From Candidatus Campbellbacteria bacterium (GTDB taxonomy: Bacteria; Patescibacteriota; Minisyncoccia; Phycocordibacterales; CSBR16-193): 57,481 nucleotides of DNA. The stretch lies in the NCBI GenBank assembly GCA_007117035.1, contig SKHG01000001.1:1-57481 (forward strand). The letters run 5' to 3'. Both the position numbers and the translations under genes were made by a program. Shown here one piece after another: positions 55,999 to 57,481 of this stretch. Below the pieces are notes generated by a model. The model was not told where the DNA came from. It made no database searches and saw only the letters and a program-made list of their open reading frames with translations. Position 1 is the first letter of the stretch, and each line of letters begins with the position of its first letter.

Positions 55999-56898
55999 TT
56001 AGATCACCTCAAAAGATATATTTATCTCTTCTATCTCTTCGAACTGTTCAAGAGTTTTTCGAATCTGGGCTTCGGTTATTTCTCTAGCACATTTCTGCTG
56101 AGGAAAACCGGACAGGTTAATTTCTGCAACGTTACCATCAATTGATATCGAAATAACCTCGTTTAGTTCACGGATAAAACTGTTTGGTCTAAACCCTTCT
56201 CCTCCGGTGTGATTTGTTAAACTTTGAGGGCTTGAATATGAAGAAAGGGTGTGTAGAGTGTCAAGAATTAAGTCTTCGGTTATCGGAATTGACGTTTGTA
56301 TAGATTTTAAAGTTTGTGCTTCTAAACATTGATCTCTGAAATGTTCAACTCCTACTTCTTGAATCAGTTTTCGGAGATTATCATTATGTGGGTGGTAATG
56401 AGATACTGATCGTGTCTGACAATCACTGTCTGCAATTTGCCAAATTCTATTTTGTTCATTTTCTTGATGTGTTAGTGTAAGGTTTATGTTTCTCTGACGC
56501 GTATGATCATACGGCGTTCGTTCGGTTATGGTTATAACTGCTACAAATTTTCCTTCTGAAGTTTCTTTGATGTTTTCTTCTAAAATTTCTACCTCTTTTA
56601 ATTTAAAAACTGTGCAAGTTAGTAATCTGTTGAAATTTTTAGTTTCTCTCGTTTCTTCAATTTTTCTGTGAAAGTCTTCGGTAACTCGATTGTCTCGGGG
56701 TGCAATATTATCTGTTCCTGAGCCAATGAAGTTTGAAAAAAGATCTTCAAGCATCGTTCGTATCTCGGCTTGTTCTAATGGGCGTGCGTCATCTGACCTG
56801 TTTAGTAAAAACCAAATAGAGACCCCCGCTAAAGCAATAACAGTAAAGCTGATAAGTATATAAAAGATAGGATGTTTTTTTTGTGGTATTTTATACAT
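55999..56898 (-). CDS. Membrane-anchored protein with C-terminal GerMN domain
   Basis: N-terminal TM; ISIDGNVAEINLS...AQIRKTLEQFEEIEEINI. Confidence 0.7.
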   Translation of the reverse strand: MYKIPQKKHPIFYILISFTVIALAGVSIWFLLNRSDDARPLEQAEIRTMLEDLFSNFIGSGTDNIAPRDNRVTEDFHRKIEETRETKNFNRLLTCTVFKLKEVEILEENIKETSEGKFVAVITITERTPYDHTRQRNINLTLTHQENEQNRIWQIADSDCQTRSVSHYHPHNDNLRKLIQEVGVEHFRDQCLEAQTLKSIQTSIPITEDLILDTLHTLSSYSSPQSLTNHTGGEGFRPNSFIRELNEVISISIDGNVAEINLSGFPQQKCAREITEAQIRKTLEQFEEIEEINISFEVI

Positions 56899-56954
56899 AG
56901 ATATTTTTAATTATATTTTTTATTATACTATAAAACACTTTACTTTATGTATAT

Positions 56955-56991
56955 TATTGTGGATAAAGTTATTTTAAGTTATCCACAATAA
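56955..56991. promoter_or_regulatory. Inverted pair of perfect DnaA boxes in a divergent intergenic region
   Basis: TTATTGTGGATAA...TTATCCACAATAA. Confidence 0.6.
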
Positions 56992-57045
56992 CAATTTAAC
57001 TTTTAGAGGATATACTTAATATATATTATTAAACGTAATTTCATA

Positions 57046-57481
57046 ATGATTTCTCCATTAAATAAATTAAAGTTAGGCAACCTTTTTGGTTTTTGTGTCG
57101 CATTTTTTCTGTTACTCGCTTTTTCTTTCTTAACCGTCAACGATGTTCATGCTGGTGCACCAGATTTAGATAATCCTGAGCATTATGAAGTACTTGAGGT
57201 AAGTGAGTATAAGATTTCTCAAAGGAATTATTATCATAGGTTTTTATGGAGATGTATATCCTCTGGATCTACTATTTCAATAAGTATATGTTGGTGGGAG
57301 CCGAATGTAATTATAGACCCAACTTTAAGAAATGGTTTCGGGTATTTTGAGTGGAGGCAGTATGATCGGGATTTTTTAGACTCTATATATGGAATATGGA
57401 ACAATGAAACACAAAGGTATGACTATGTCTATAGAGACGATTTTGATTGGGATAGTTATGATTGGAATGATCCGTTCCCTG
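57046..57481 (+). CDS. Exported hypothetical protein, runs off the window end
   Basis: ATG 57046; MISPLNKLKLGNLFGFCVAFFLLLAFSFLTVNDVHA signal peptide; frame stays open to the end; W/Y/D-rich. Confidence 0.7.
   Translation, partial: MISPLNKLKLGNLFGFCVAFFLLLAFSFLTVNDVHAGAPDLDNPEHYEVLEVSEYKISQRNYYHRFLWRCISSGSTISISICWWEPNVIIDPTLRNGFGYFEWRQYDRDFLDSIYGIWNNETQRYDYVYRDDFDWDSYDWNDPFP

Noticed and set aside
1-57481. Alternative genetic code (UGA=Gly as in Gracilibacteria/Absconditabacteria)
   Set aside because: Conserved genes are full-length under code 11, and TGA ends pcrA and the 39624 ORF.

Overview
AT-rich chromosomal window from a small-genome bacterium. Gene content, truncated housekeeping proteins and the rarity of Shine-Dalgarno sites point to Patescibacteria/CPR, probably Parcubacteria (inference, no database search run). 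It holds the dnaN-dnaA/rpmH-rnpA-yidC-jag origin region, DNA repair and recombination genes (polA, holA, ruvB, ruvC, pcrA, comM, yraN, a xerC-like recombinase), RNA and protein housekeeping genes (pnp, rpsO, cca, rny, rsmA, clpP, tig, hup) and four tRNAs. A 12 kb relaxase-free type IV secretion-like operon sits at 17.6-29.5 kb. Signals that the ORF track does not explain are: (1) a ~200-nt three-way-junction RNA with its own sigma70 promoter at 9.76-9.96 kb; (2) a rod-like 6S-like RNA candidate between clpP and rny; (3) seven parS-like palindromes at 44.2-45.05 kb; (4) a shared promoter + boxA-like + A-tract + AGGAGG leader on three orphan exported proteins, contrasting with apparently leaderless housekeeping genes; (5) a GNA-triloop-rich element bounded by tRNA 3'-end sequence at the left edge; (6) a GGACA-N5-TGTCY operator-like motif next to DnaA boxes. 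All calls were made by eye from the sequence and the ORF track.
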